Assembly (NCBI GenBank): GCA_041577295.1
Contig: JBFGJG010000042.1
Span: 1-38,129 of the forward strand
Direction of reading: 5' to 3'
DNA from: Gemmatimonadales bacterium
GTDB taxonomy: Bacteria; Gemmatimonadota; Gemmatimonadetes; Gemmatimonadales; GWC2-71-9
DNA: 38,129 bases
Shown here: piece by piece, positions 27,893-35,269 of the stretch
Layout of the letters: each line of letters begins with the position of its first letter
Position numbering within the stretch: the stretch's first letter is position 1
Program-made: the position numbers and the translations under genes
Notes under the pieces: generated by a model
Told to the model about the DNA's origin: nothing
The model's database searches: none
The model's input: only the letters and a program-made list of their open reading frames with translations

Positions 27893-28856
27893 TCCACCGC
27901 TGTGGGTGCGAGTCCTCTCCGGCGTGTTCGCCGTAGGTGCCTCGTGGTGGCTCGTGCGGACCGACGCCGTTCGTACCGTGTTCGGGCCCTCTGTGGGAGC
28001 CTTGGGGTTGGGTGTGGTCGCCGTATTCGCGTTGCGCGGCACGCATCAACCGCTCGGCCTCTGGCCAACGAGACCCTGGCGACAGAGCTTTTCGCTCAAG
28101 TGGGCCGTTTTGCCTGCCGCCGTTGGCGGGCTGCTCATAGTTCTCGCTGGAGCGAGCGCGGGGGTCAGTGGTTCGGTCAGGGTGCTCCTCACCGTGAATC
28201 GTGGTGCGATCCTGGCCATCGCGGCTGGCATCGTCGCGGCTGGACTCTCCTTCGGGTTGGTGCGGCAGCGAAACTACGCGCGGTGGTTCGCCCTGGCGGT
28301 CGCGTGTGCCGTGGTACCCGCCCTTGCCGTCGTGCTGTTTGGCGGAGACTCGGCTCCGGCGACGCCGATCCCGAGCGCACGCCTCGGGGTGCTTGGCGTC
28401 CTGTTTTGGTCGGTGGCCAATGTCAGCCAGGTGCTGGTGACTCAGGAGCTCACATTTCGACGCCTCCTCATTGGCCGTCCGGAAAGCGCGGGCGTCGTGC
28501 TCGTGCTGGGTGCCGCGGTGCTTAGCGCTGTATGGCCGCCGATGCTGGCAGAAACGGTGAGCCTGATCGATCTGCGCGTGGTTCACCTCGTTTTGGTTGC
28601 GGTCGTGACGGGCTGTCTCTACATCATGTCCCAGTCCCTGCTAGTCGCCGCGCTCTATCACGGGACCTACATTGCGGCGATGGGTGGGGCCACACAGACG
28701 GTGGCTCCCATAGCCGGCGAAATCCCGGACGCGCCGATCGGCGCAGTCCTGGCGACCGGCGCCCTCGCCATCGCTCTCGCCGCGACGGTGGTGCGCCGAC
28801 GCGGATGGTTAGGAGACATCATTCCTCAACCGACACCCGATGCTTCTGGCGATTGA
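27879..28856 (+). CDS. Polytopic membrane protein with a degenerate CPBP (Abi/type II CAAX protease)-like C-terminal domain
   Basis: About 9-10 hydrophobic segments; TQELTFRRLL resembles EExxFRG; SQSLLVAALYHG resembles the final CPBP His motif. Confidence 0.6.
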   Translation: MSPPNPPLWVRVLSGVFAVGASWWLVRTDAVRTVFGPSVGALGLGVVAVFALRGTHQPLGLWPTRPWRQSFSLKWAVLPAAVGGLLIVLAGASAGVSGSVRVLLTVNRGAILAIAAGIVAAGLSFGLVRQRNYARWFALAVACAVVPALAVVLFGGDSAPATPIPSARLGVLGVLFWSVANVSQVLVTQELTFRRLLIGRPESAGVVLVLGAAVLSAVWPPMLAETVSLIDLRVVHLVLVAVVTGCLYIMSQSLLVAALYHGTYIAAMGGATQTVAPIAGEIPDAPIGAVLATGALAIALAATVVRRRGWLGDIIPQPTPDASGD

Positions 28857-29622
28857 CATCGGTAACACCGAGATCACCCTCGGCTTGTTTGCGGGCGATC
28901 GCCTTGCCGCGCACTGGCGCGTCACTACGGTGACCAGACGGACACCGGACGAGTGGAGCACGCTACTCACGTCGTTCATGACCCACGCCGGGCACTCCAC
29001 AGACGAAGTGCGCACTGCCGTGTCCGCCTCAGTCGCCCCCGCGGTAACCGAGGCACTCCTCGACGGCGTACACGCTTCGATGGGAATGCGACCGGTGGAG
29101 ATCGGGCCGTGGTCGAAGTTGCCCATCACGTTGGACGTTGAAGATCCGACGACGGTGGGCGCGGATCGCGTAATCAACACACTCGCCGCAGCACAGCTCT
29201 TTGAGCGTGACACGATCGTCGTCGACTTTGGGACTGCGACGACGTTTGACTGCATCACCGGTGATGGGCGCTTCCTCGGCGGGGTCATCGCGCCGGGTAT
29301 CAGAACGGCGGCCGATACCTTGACGCAACGCGCGGCGAAGCTCCCGGCAACGGAGCTAGTTCCGCCGCAGCGTGTCATCGGCCGGCGCACCGAGGAGTGC
29401 ATCCGCGCAGGGGTCTTGTTCGGGACCGCGGACGCGGTCGACGGCATCGTGAGCCGCATCAAGGACGAGTGGCCAACAGACCAGACGCCCTACGTGGTTG
29501 CCACAGGAGGGCTGGCGGTCAAGATGGCGCCGCTCTGCAAGGAGATCGAGCGCGTTGAGGAGCACCTGACGTTGGTGGGCCTCAGGTTCGCGGCGTGCCA
29601 CCTGGGCCTGTCGTGGTCGTGA
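28840..29622 (+). CDS. coaX: Type III pantothenate kinase
   Basis: LLAIDIGNT, VGADR, VVDFGTATTFD, GGVIAPG, VVATGG. Confidence 0.96.
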   Translation: MLLAIDIGNTEITLGLFAGDRLAAHWRVTTVTRRTPDEWSTLLTSFMTHAGHSTDEVRTAVSASVAPAVTEALLDGVHASMGMRPVEIGPWSKLPITLDVEDPTTVGADRVINTLAAAQLFERDTIVVDFGTATTFDCITGDGRFLGGVIAPGIRTAADTLTQRAAKLPATELVPPQRVIGRRTEECIRAGVLFGTADAVDGIVSRIKDEWPTDQTPYVVATGGLAVKMAPLCKEIERVEEHLTLVGLRFAACHLGLSWS

Positions 29623-29686
29623 GGACCGCACCCGCGCCGCGCTCGGGACCCGCTCGTCACCAACGAACTCCTCAGGAGGATCCTTC

Positions 29687-30163
29687 ATGAAGCGTGCACT
29701 GTTGGTGGGGCTACTAGCCACTGGGATGCCCGGTGCCGTCGCCTGGGGCCAACAACAGGCGCCCGAGCACGAGGTCATGATGGTGGTGGAGCGCCTGTTC
29801 GACGCGATGCGCGCCGGTGACAGCGCCATGGCGCGGTCCGTGTTTCACGCCGAGGCCCGGCTAATAGGTACGACGGCCCGAGATGGGTCGCCCGAAACGC
29901 GGCTCACGCCGATCGACCGGTTCATTCAGGCCATCGGTTCACCGCATGACGCCGTGTGGGACGAGCAGTTGTGGGACGCCGAGGTCCGCGTAGATGGGGC
30001 GCTCGCGACCGTCTGGACCAAATACGCCTTCTACCTCGGCGAGCGCTTCAGCCACTGCGGTGTCGATTCTGTCCAACTGGCACGCTCCTCCGATGGCTGG
30101 AAGATTGTCAGCCTCGCTGACACCCGCCGGACGGAGGGCTGTGACGAGCGCCCGCGCCGTTGA
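29687..30163 (+). CDS. Exported NTF2/SnoaL-like (lumazine-binding-like) protein
   Basis: AGGAGG RBS; signal peptide; LFDAMRAGD, VDGALATVWTKYAFY, SHCGVD, GWKI...DT. Confidence 0.8.
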   Translation: MKRALLVGLLATGMPGAVAWGQQQAPEHEVMMVVERLFDAMRAGDSAMARSVFHAEARLIGTTARDGSPETRLTPIDRFIQAIGSPHDAVWDEQLWDAEVRVDGALATVWTKYAFYLGERFSHCGVDSVQLARSSDGWKIVSLADTRRTEGCDERPRR

Positions 30164-30229
30164 ACACGTTTTCCCATTGGAGTAGTTTGATGCGGCTTGT
30201 CTTTGCTTAGAACTCAGGAGAACATCGGC

Positions 30230-30844
30230 ATGGCGACATCAGTGGAGGCAGGCATCGAGCGGTACGACGTCCGCACCGTGGTCCGTGGCGGTGTGGTGTT
30301 GGGAGTTGCCACGGCGGTCGGCGTAGCCATCTTCGCGTTGCTCTCGCGTCCGATGGATGGCACCGTCGAGAGCGTCGTCCAGTCGATCCTGATTCTCGCT
30401 GGTGGCGCTGTGTTTGCCTACTACCCGGCCGCGGTGGTGAGACCGCGCTCGGCGGAGCCGATCGCCTGGGCGGCCACCCTGGGATTCTTGGGAGCGATCG
30501 TGTTCACATTTCTCGATACCGCACTCCTCCGACCGCTCGACATCTATCACTGGACCTGGGACCAAATCGGCGGCGGCAGTGGTTTCTGGTACATCCCCAT
30601 TTGGTGGATGGGGTCGGCCGTGCTGGCGTGGCTTGGCTCGTGGGTCTACGCGCGCACCTCTGCATCGTCTGGGACGACGAACCTTTCAGCCGTAATCGGG
30701 GTGACGCTCGGTATCGCGGTTGTGCTCACCGCCATGCTGGTCGTCACGGGTCTCGCGCCATTTCACGCCGCGACGGTTGCACTCGCGGTTTCCCTCGCAT
30801 TGGTCGTGCACGTTCCGCTCGCGGGCGTTCTCGCGCGGCGGTGA
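30230..30844 (+). CDS. Hypothetical membrane protein (about 6 TM)
   Basis: AGGAG RBS before ATG 30230; hydrophobic helices; aromatic loop YHWTWDQIGGGSGFWYIPIWWMG. Confidence 0.75.
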   Translation: MATSVEAGIERYDVRTVVRGGVVLGVATAVGVAIFALLSRPMDGTVESVVQSILILAGGAVFAYYPAAVVRPRSAEPIAWAATLGFLGAIVFTFLDTALLRPLDIYHWTWDQIGGGSGFWYIPIWWMGSAVLAWLGSWVYARTSASSGTTNLSAVIGVTLGIAVVLTAMLVVTGLAPFHAATVALAVSLALVVHVPLAGVLARR

Positions 30845-31098
30845 GTCGGGGCCGGCGCGGCCGCTTGCTCCGGTTGACTGGATGGCTGCTCACGCCCTTC
30901 GTGGCGTGGGCAGCTTCGTTTTTCGGTGCGTGGGCCGGAGCCGCCCTCGGGCGGTTTACGGAGTCAGCGGCAGTGGGTTTGGTCTGGCTCGTAGGGGGTG
31001 GGGCGGTGGCCGGCGCGGCCGCACTCATTGGTTGGTCATGGCTGATCCGACGGTCGGCGAGGGGCGAATCCACGCAATCCTCGGGCGAGGACGCGTAA
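30841..31098 (+). CDS. Small hypothetical membrane protein (2 TM)
   Basis: GTGA overlap with the upstream stop; MSRGRRGRLLRLTGWLLTPFVAWAASFFGAW...LIGWSWLIRR. Confidence 0.6.
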   Translation: MSRGRRGRLLRLTGWLLTPFVAWAASFFGAWAGAALGRFTESAAVGLVWLVGGGAVAGAAALIGWSWLIRRSARGESTQSSGEDA

Positions 31099-31266
31099 CA
31101 AATCCGCCGCGTTTGTCGCTGTGCCCTCCGTGGGCTTAACCCCAGCGCCCAAAAGCCTTGAGAGCTCAGGGAGGAGGCCGGTGGACACAGAAGCGCGTGT
31201 AGCGTTATCCCTCGAGCCCGAGCTGCGTTATTTTTTTCACGCGCGTACGGTCAGGAGACATCGTTC

Positions 31267-32448
31267 ATGCGGCCGATAAAACCGGAAGTGTTTGAGCGCA
31301 TGGTCGCCCTGCGGCGAGATCTACACCAGCATCCGGAGCTGAGCTGGCAGGAGGAGCGAACTGCGGCGCGGGTCTCCGAGGTGCTACAGTCGTTGAGAGT
31401 CCCGTTCCGTCGCGTGGCGGGTACGGGTATCGTCGCCGACATTCCCGGGCCTTCGGGGGTACCCCGAATCGCCCTTCGCGCGGACATGGACGCCCTGCCG
31501 ATCCAAGAGGAGACCGGTCTGCCGTTCACCTCGGTGCACGACGGGGTGATGCACGCGTGCGGACACGATGGCCACACCAGCATGCTGCTTGGGGCTGCCG
31601 AGCTGCTCGTTGCCGAACCCACGTTGCCGGCACCGATGCGTCTCATCTTTCAGCCGGCGGAAGAGGTCGGAGGCGGTGCCCGTGCCATGGTACAAGAGGG
31701 GGTGCTCGAGGACGTCGCGATGGTGTTTGGCGGGCATCTCGACCCACGCTACCTGACGGGGACCCTGGTAATCACCGAGGGTATCGTGAACGCCTCGACC
31801 GACGCGTTCCGCATCAGAATTACCGGTCGCGGTGCACACGGTGCGCGCCCGCATGAGGGGATCGACGCCATCGTGGTCGGTAGTGCAATGGTCGGGCAGC
31901 TCCAGACGATCGTTGCTCGGGAGGTCAATCCGGCCCATCCGGCGGTCGTGACGGTCGGTCGCTTTGTTGCGGGATCAGCTCCCAATGTGCTCGCCGAAAC
32001 GACAGAGCTGGAAGGAACCATTCGCGCGCAGGATCCGGCTGTCCGCGAGCAGATCCTCCGCGCGCTCCACCGCATTGCCGGGGCCTGTGCGACTTCCCAC
32101 GGCGCGAACGCGGCCGTTGAGATCACCGAAGGCACACCCGCCGTCCAGAATACGAAGGAGATGGTAGCGCTTGCACTCGACGCCGGGGCGGCGCTTCCCA
32201 TGCCGCCGACCGTTCGGCCGCTGCGCGATGCAAACATGGGGGGCGAGGACTTCGGCTGGTATCTCCAGCACAAGCCGGGGTGCTTCATTCGGTTTGGAGC
32301 GGGTACACCCGGAGAAGAGAGCAAGCCGGCCCACTCGAGCCAGTTCACGTTCGACGAAGAAGCACTGGCCATTGGCGCGGCCTGGCTTCATCGGGTTGCC
32401 ATCACCGCAGGCCACCGTCTCCGCGGCGGGCCTGGCGACGGCGGCTGA
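31267..32448 (+). CDS. M20D-family amidohydrolase (candidate N-acyl/succinyl-L-amino acid hydrolase)
   Basis: RRDLHQHPELSWQE, LRADMDALP, MHACGHDGH, FQPAEE, GAHGARPH, GGEDF, PAHS. Confidence 0.93.
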   Translation: MRPIKPEVFERMVALRRDLHQHPELSWQEERTAARVSEVLQSLRVPFRRVAGTGIVADIPGPSGVPRIALRADMDALPIQEETGLPFTSVHDGVMHACGHDGHTSMLLGAAELLVAEPTLPAPMRLIFQPAEEVGGGARAMVQEGVLEDVAMVFGGHLDPRYLTGTLVITEGIVNASTDAFRIRITGRGAHGARPHEGIDAIVVGSAMVGQLQTIVAREVNPAHPAVVTVGRFVAGSAPNVLAETTELEGTIRAQDPAVREQILRALHRIAGACATSHGANAAVEITEGTPAVQNTKEMVALALDAGAALPMPPTVRPLRDANMGGEDFGWYLQHKPGCFIRFGAGTPGEESKPAHSSQFTFDEEALAIGAAWLHRVAITAGHRLRGGPGDGG

Positions 32449-32468
32449 CCCCCGCCGCATATGACGGC

Positions 32469-33590
32469 CTAGACTTCGAACACCTCCTGGCGGACGGTGA
32501 GGCGCTCGACGTAGTCGAGATCGACATCGACACCGATACCTGGGCGGTCTCGCGGAACGTCGATCATCCCATCCTGCATTGTCCACTCTGGGAGTACGAT
32601 ATCTCGCTCCCAATAGCGCCTTGAGGGGCTGACGTCACCTGGGATCTTGAAGTTCGGCAAGGATGCCAGCGCCACGTTGTGGGCCCGTCCGACACCACTC
32701 TCGAGCATTCCACCGCACCACACCGGCATCTCGGCGTCTGCGGCGATGTCGTGAATGGCACGCGCCGCGGTGTGCCCACCGACCCGACCGGGCTTGATGT
32801 TGATGATTTGGCCGCTCTTGAGAGTGATCATGTCTGCAGCCCGATCGGGTGAGGTAATGGACTCGTCCAGGCAGAGGGGCGTTCGGAGGCGCCGTTGCAG
32901 TACAGCGTGGCGCACGAGGTCGTCGTACGCCAGCGGCTGCTCGATCATTAGGAGCCCGAAATCGTCCAGCTGCGCGAGGTGGTCCGCGTCCTCCAGCCGA
33001 TAGGCGCTATTGGCATCCACCATGATTGGGGTGGCCCCGCTTACCGCCTTGTAGGCGGCGCTTACGAACTCCACATCCGACCCGGGTGCAATCTTCAGCT
33101 TGATCCGCCGGTATCCTTCGTCCACCGCGGCTAGCACGCGCTCGACGAGAGCGTGCGGATCTTGTTGAATGCCGAGCGAGATCCCGGTTGCGATGGAGGG
33201 TCGTGTCCCTCCGAGCAGGCTTGCTAGCGAGACGCCAGCCTGTTTCGCAGCGAGATCCCAACACGCCATCTCGACAGATGCCTTGGCCATGCGGTGACCG
33301 CGGAACGACCGCTCGAGATGGTGCGACAAGGCCGCAGGATCGGGGAATGGGTGACCTACAACTTGCGGAGCGATCCACTCCCGCAACGCGTACCACGCCG
33401 TGTCGACGGTTTCCGACGAATAGTGTGGGCCCTCGCCCGCCACGCATTCGCCCCAGCCGGTGATTCCGTTGCCGTCGCTGACGTGCACTAAGGCGATGCG
33501 GCGCTCATGGCTCGTTCCCGACGAGATGCGAAAAACCTCACGGAGTCGGAGGCGGATTTCGCGAACGTGGATACGCGTAATGTGCAACAT
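32469..33590 (-). CDS. menC: o-Succinylbenzoate synthase / N-succinylamino-acid racemase (NSAR/OSBS subfamily)
   Basis: RIKLKI, VDANSAY, IEQPL, LDESI, INIKPGRVGG, WCGGMLESGVGR, PGDVSPS..YWERDI. Confidence 0.9.
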   Translation of the reverse strand: MLHITRIHVREIRLRLREVFRISSGTSHERRIALVHVSDGNGITGWGECVAGEGPHYSSETVDTAWYALREWIAPQVVGHPFPDPAALSHHLERSFRGHRMAKASVEMACWDLAAKQAGVSLASLLGGTRPSIATGISLGIQQDPHALVERVLAAVDEGYRRIKLKIAPGSDVEFVSAAYKAVSGATPIMVDANSAYRLEDADHLAQLDDFGLLMIEQPLAYDDLVRHAVLQRRLRTPLCLDESITSPDRAADMITLKSGQIINIKPGRVGGHTAARAIHDIAADAEMPVWCGGMLESGVGRAHNVALASLPNFKIPGDVSPSRRYWERDIVLPEWTMQDGMIDVPRDRPGIGVDVDLDYVERLTVRQEVFEV

Positions 33591-33594
33591 CGGC

Positions 33595-34419
33595 CTATGG
33601 CGCGGTTGGGTAGCTGAGGAGGTAAAAACACCGGTTGGACGGCGAATCCCGTTGGAGGCCCTGGACCGTGTATCCCCGAGCCAGGTAATGGTGGAACGCC
33701 CGTCGAGTCAGAACACGCCATTGCCGCGCGATCCCCGGTTCGCGCTGCTTGAGCTCTTGAATGTCAAACGGAATCTCAATGCGGACGGTGTTCGCACGCG
33801 GAAGCGGCGCCGCGTCCGTCCCCAGATCGGCATGCTCGGTCAACGCAACAACGGGGGCATCCACGGCGGCACGGGCCAGCGCGTCCTCGTCGGCGACTTT
33901 CGTTTCCTCCTGTAGCGCCCATTCGACGATGAAGCGGTCGCTACCGATGACGCTGTCCATCTTGCCGACGGGATGGTGACCGTACATGTCATCGACGTAC
34001 TCGGTGATCCGCGCACCGAGGCGATTCAAATTGAGATGCGCGTTGCGCGACACCAACGGGTCATAAGTCCAAAACATCGTCTCAACGCCCAGCCGGCGAA
34101 GGTAGTCACGCTGGAAAAATTTGAGTCGCTGGCCGGTACCGGCGCTCCGCAGACGCTCGGTTACCGCGAGCATATGCGACCAGTGTGCAGGCCGTCCGTC
34201 TTTCAGTCCGGTGATTCCGAAAACAAATCCCACCAAGCGGTTCTTTCGATCGAACGCGCCTGCAGCAACCCCACCCATCTTCTGGGCGATCATCAGGACC
34301 GCTGGGGGAACGAGCTCGCGGAAATCGTCCCCCCACGTCTCGCGCTGCAGGGCGATGCACGCGTCATAGTCGGACTCCGTCTCGAACGATCTAATCGTGA
34401 GCTCTTGCTCGGTCGCCAT
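33595..34419 (-). CDS. GNAT-family acyltransferase (NSAR-associated succinyltransferase-like)
   Basis: LQRETWG, LVGFVFG, HWSHMLAV, G.G..LK..QR, WTYDPLVSRNAHLNLNRLG, SDRFIVEW. Start taken at ATG 34419. The stop lies 4 nt before the menC start. Confidence 0.85.
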   Translation of the reverse strand: MATEQELTIRSFETESDYDACIALQRETWGDDFRELVPPAVLMIAQKMGGVAAGAFDRKNRLVGFVFGITGLKDGRPAHWSHMLAVTERLRSAGTGQRLKFFQRDYLRRLGVETMFWTYDPLVSRNAHLNLNRLGARITEYVDDMYGHHPVGKMDSVIGSDRFIVEWALQEETKVADEDALARAAVDAPVVALTEHADLGTDAAPLPRANTVRIEIPFDIQELKQREPGIARQWRVLTRRAFHHYLARGYTVQGLQRDSPSNRCFYLLSYPTAP

Positions 34420-34569
34420 GGATTCCACGAGGATTCTGACTCTCGGCTTGGCCCCAAGATCTACCTGCCGGCAGTGCGCCGGACAAGGTGGGTGTGGATG
34501 ACGGCCGGGGAACCCTAGACTGCTTTTGCGTGTTCCGATGGTAAGTCGTAATCCATCACCAAAGCGGAC

Positions 34570-34598
34570 TTGACACTCGGTCACGGGGGGCTCACCCT
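34570..34598 (+). promoter_or_regulatory. Possible promoter for the cytochrome pair
   Basis: Perfect TTGACA (34570-34575), 17 nt, then a weak -10 CACCCT. Confidence 0.35.
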
Positions 34599-34646
34599 TA
34601 GCCTCCGCTCCCGCTCGCTCGCGAGCTCACCCACGTTGGAGGAGTG

Positions 34647-35234
34647 ATGCGCACCTTATCCCACACCGCCTACCTATTGACCGCCGCCGCGCTGACCCTG
34701 ACGGCGTGTGCTGGGGGCGAGGAACAAGCGCAGGCAAATCCGTGCAATCCTTGTGCGGCAAATGTCTGCAACCCATGTAACCCTTGTGCCGCGGGCTCGG
34801 TCGATCCCGCACTGATCACACAGGGGAATGCCACGCTGCACACCGGAACACCACAGGCTCAGATGGTTGCTCGGGGTAGGGAACTGTGGAACGACAAGTC
34901 GCTGTCGAGCAGTGGCGGGGTTGCGTGCTCCACGTGTCATGTGAACAACTACGGTCAAATGCAGGCGACGTTTGCCCAGCCGTACCCACACGAGGTCGCG
35001 ATGGTGAAGCAGCGTGCGGGCGTGAACCAGGTCAACGCGGCTGAGATGGTGCAGATGTGCATGGTGGTCCCGATGGCTGCCCAACCGCTGCCCTGGAATT
35101 CGGTCGAGCTGGCGGCGTTGACTGCTTACGTCAAGGACATCCAGAAAGGATTCGACCCGTCCATGGCCGCGGGAGCCAACCCGTGCAACCCGTGTGGAGC
35201 GAACCCGTGCAATCCGTGTGGGGGAGGCCGCTAG
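34647..35234 (+). CDS. Lipoprotein monoheme c-type cytochrome (SoxA/TsdA-like domain) with N- and C-terminal NPC Cys repeats
   Basis: GGAGGAG RBS; lipobox LTAC; GRELWND.SLS...ACSTCH; AEMVQMCMVVPMAAQPLPWNSVELAALTAYV; tails NPCNPCAANVCNPCNPC and NPCNPCGANPCNPC. Confidence 0.85.
   Translation: MRTLSHTAYLLTAAALTLTACAGGEEQAQANPCNPCAANVCNPCNPCAAGSVDPALITQGNATLHTGTPQAQMVARGRELWNDKSLSSSGGVACSTCHVNNYGQMQATFAQPYPHEVAMVKQRAGVNQVNAAEMVQMCMVVPMAAQPLPWNSVELAALTAYVKDIQKGFDPSMAAGANPCNPCGANPCNPCGGGR
34734..34787 (+). repeat. N-terminal (N-P-C)n peptide repeat, 5 Cys
   Basis: Encodes ANPCNPCAANVCNPCNPC. Confidence 0.9.
35175..35219 (+). repeat. C-terminal (N-P-C)n peptide repeat, 4 Cys
   Basis: Encodes ANPCNPCGANPCNPC. 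Confidence 0.9.
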
Positions 35235-35269
35235 AACACGCGGTGTCGTCGTGTAACGCCGACGCGACC

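Noticed and set aside
32439..32457. Hairpin CGGCGG/CCGCCG between the convergent M20 and menC genes as a terminator
   Set aside because: Only 6 bp, it overlaps the stop codon and has no U-tract on either side; expected by chance at this GC content.
1833..33447. Many 100-300 aa antisense and alternate-frame ORFs in the track
   Set aside because: Arg/Pro/Ala-rich shadow ORFs typical of high-GC DNA, lying over well-supported genes and with no recognisable motifs.
34647..35234. NPC repeats as extra heme sites or as a RiPP precursor of a DUF692/radical SAM cluster
   Set aside because: No CxxC in the tails is followed by His, and no modifying enzyme is encoded in the window. Modification in trans cannot be excluded.
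35057..35269. Long N-terminal extension of the multiheme ORF, or a fusion with the NPC cytochrome
   Set aside because: The extension overlaps the upstream gene in another frame and just mirrors the NPC repeat (QPVQPV). The multiheme protein has its own lipoprotein signal further downstream.
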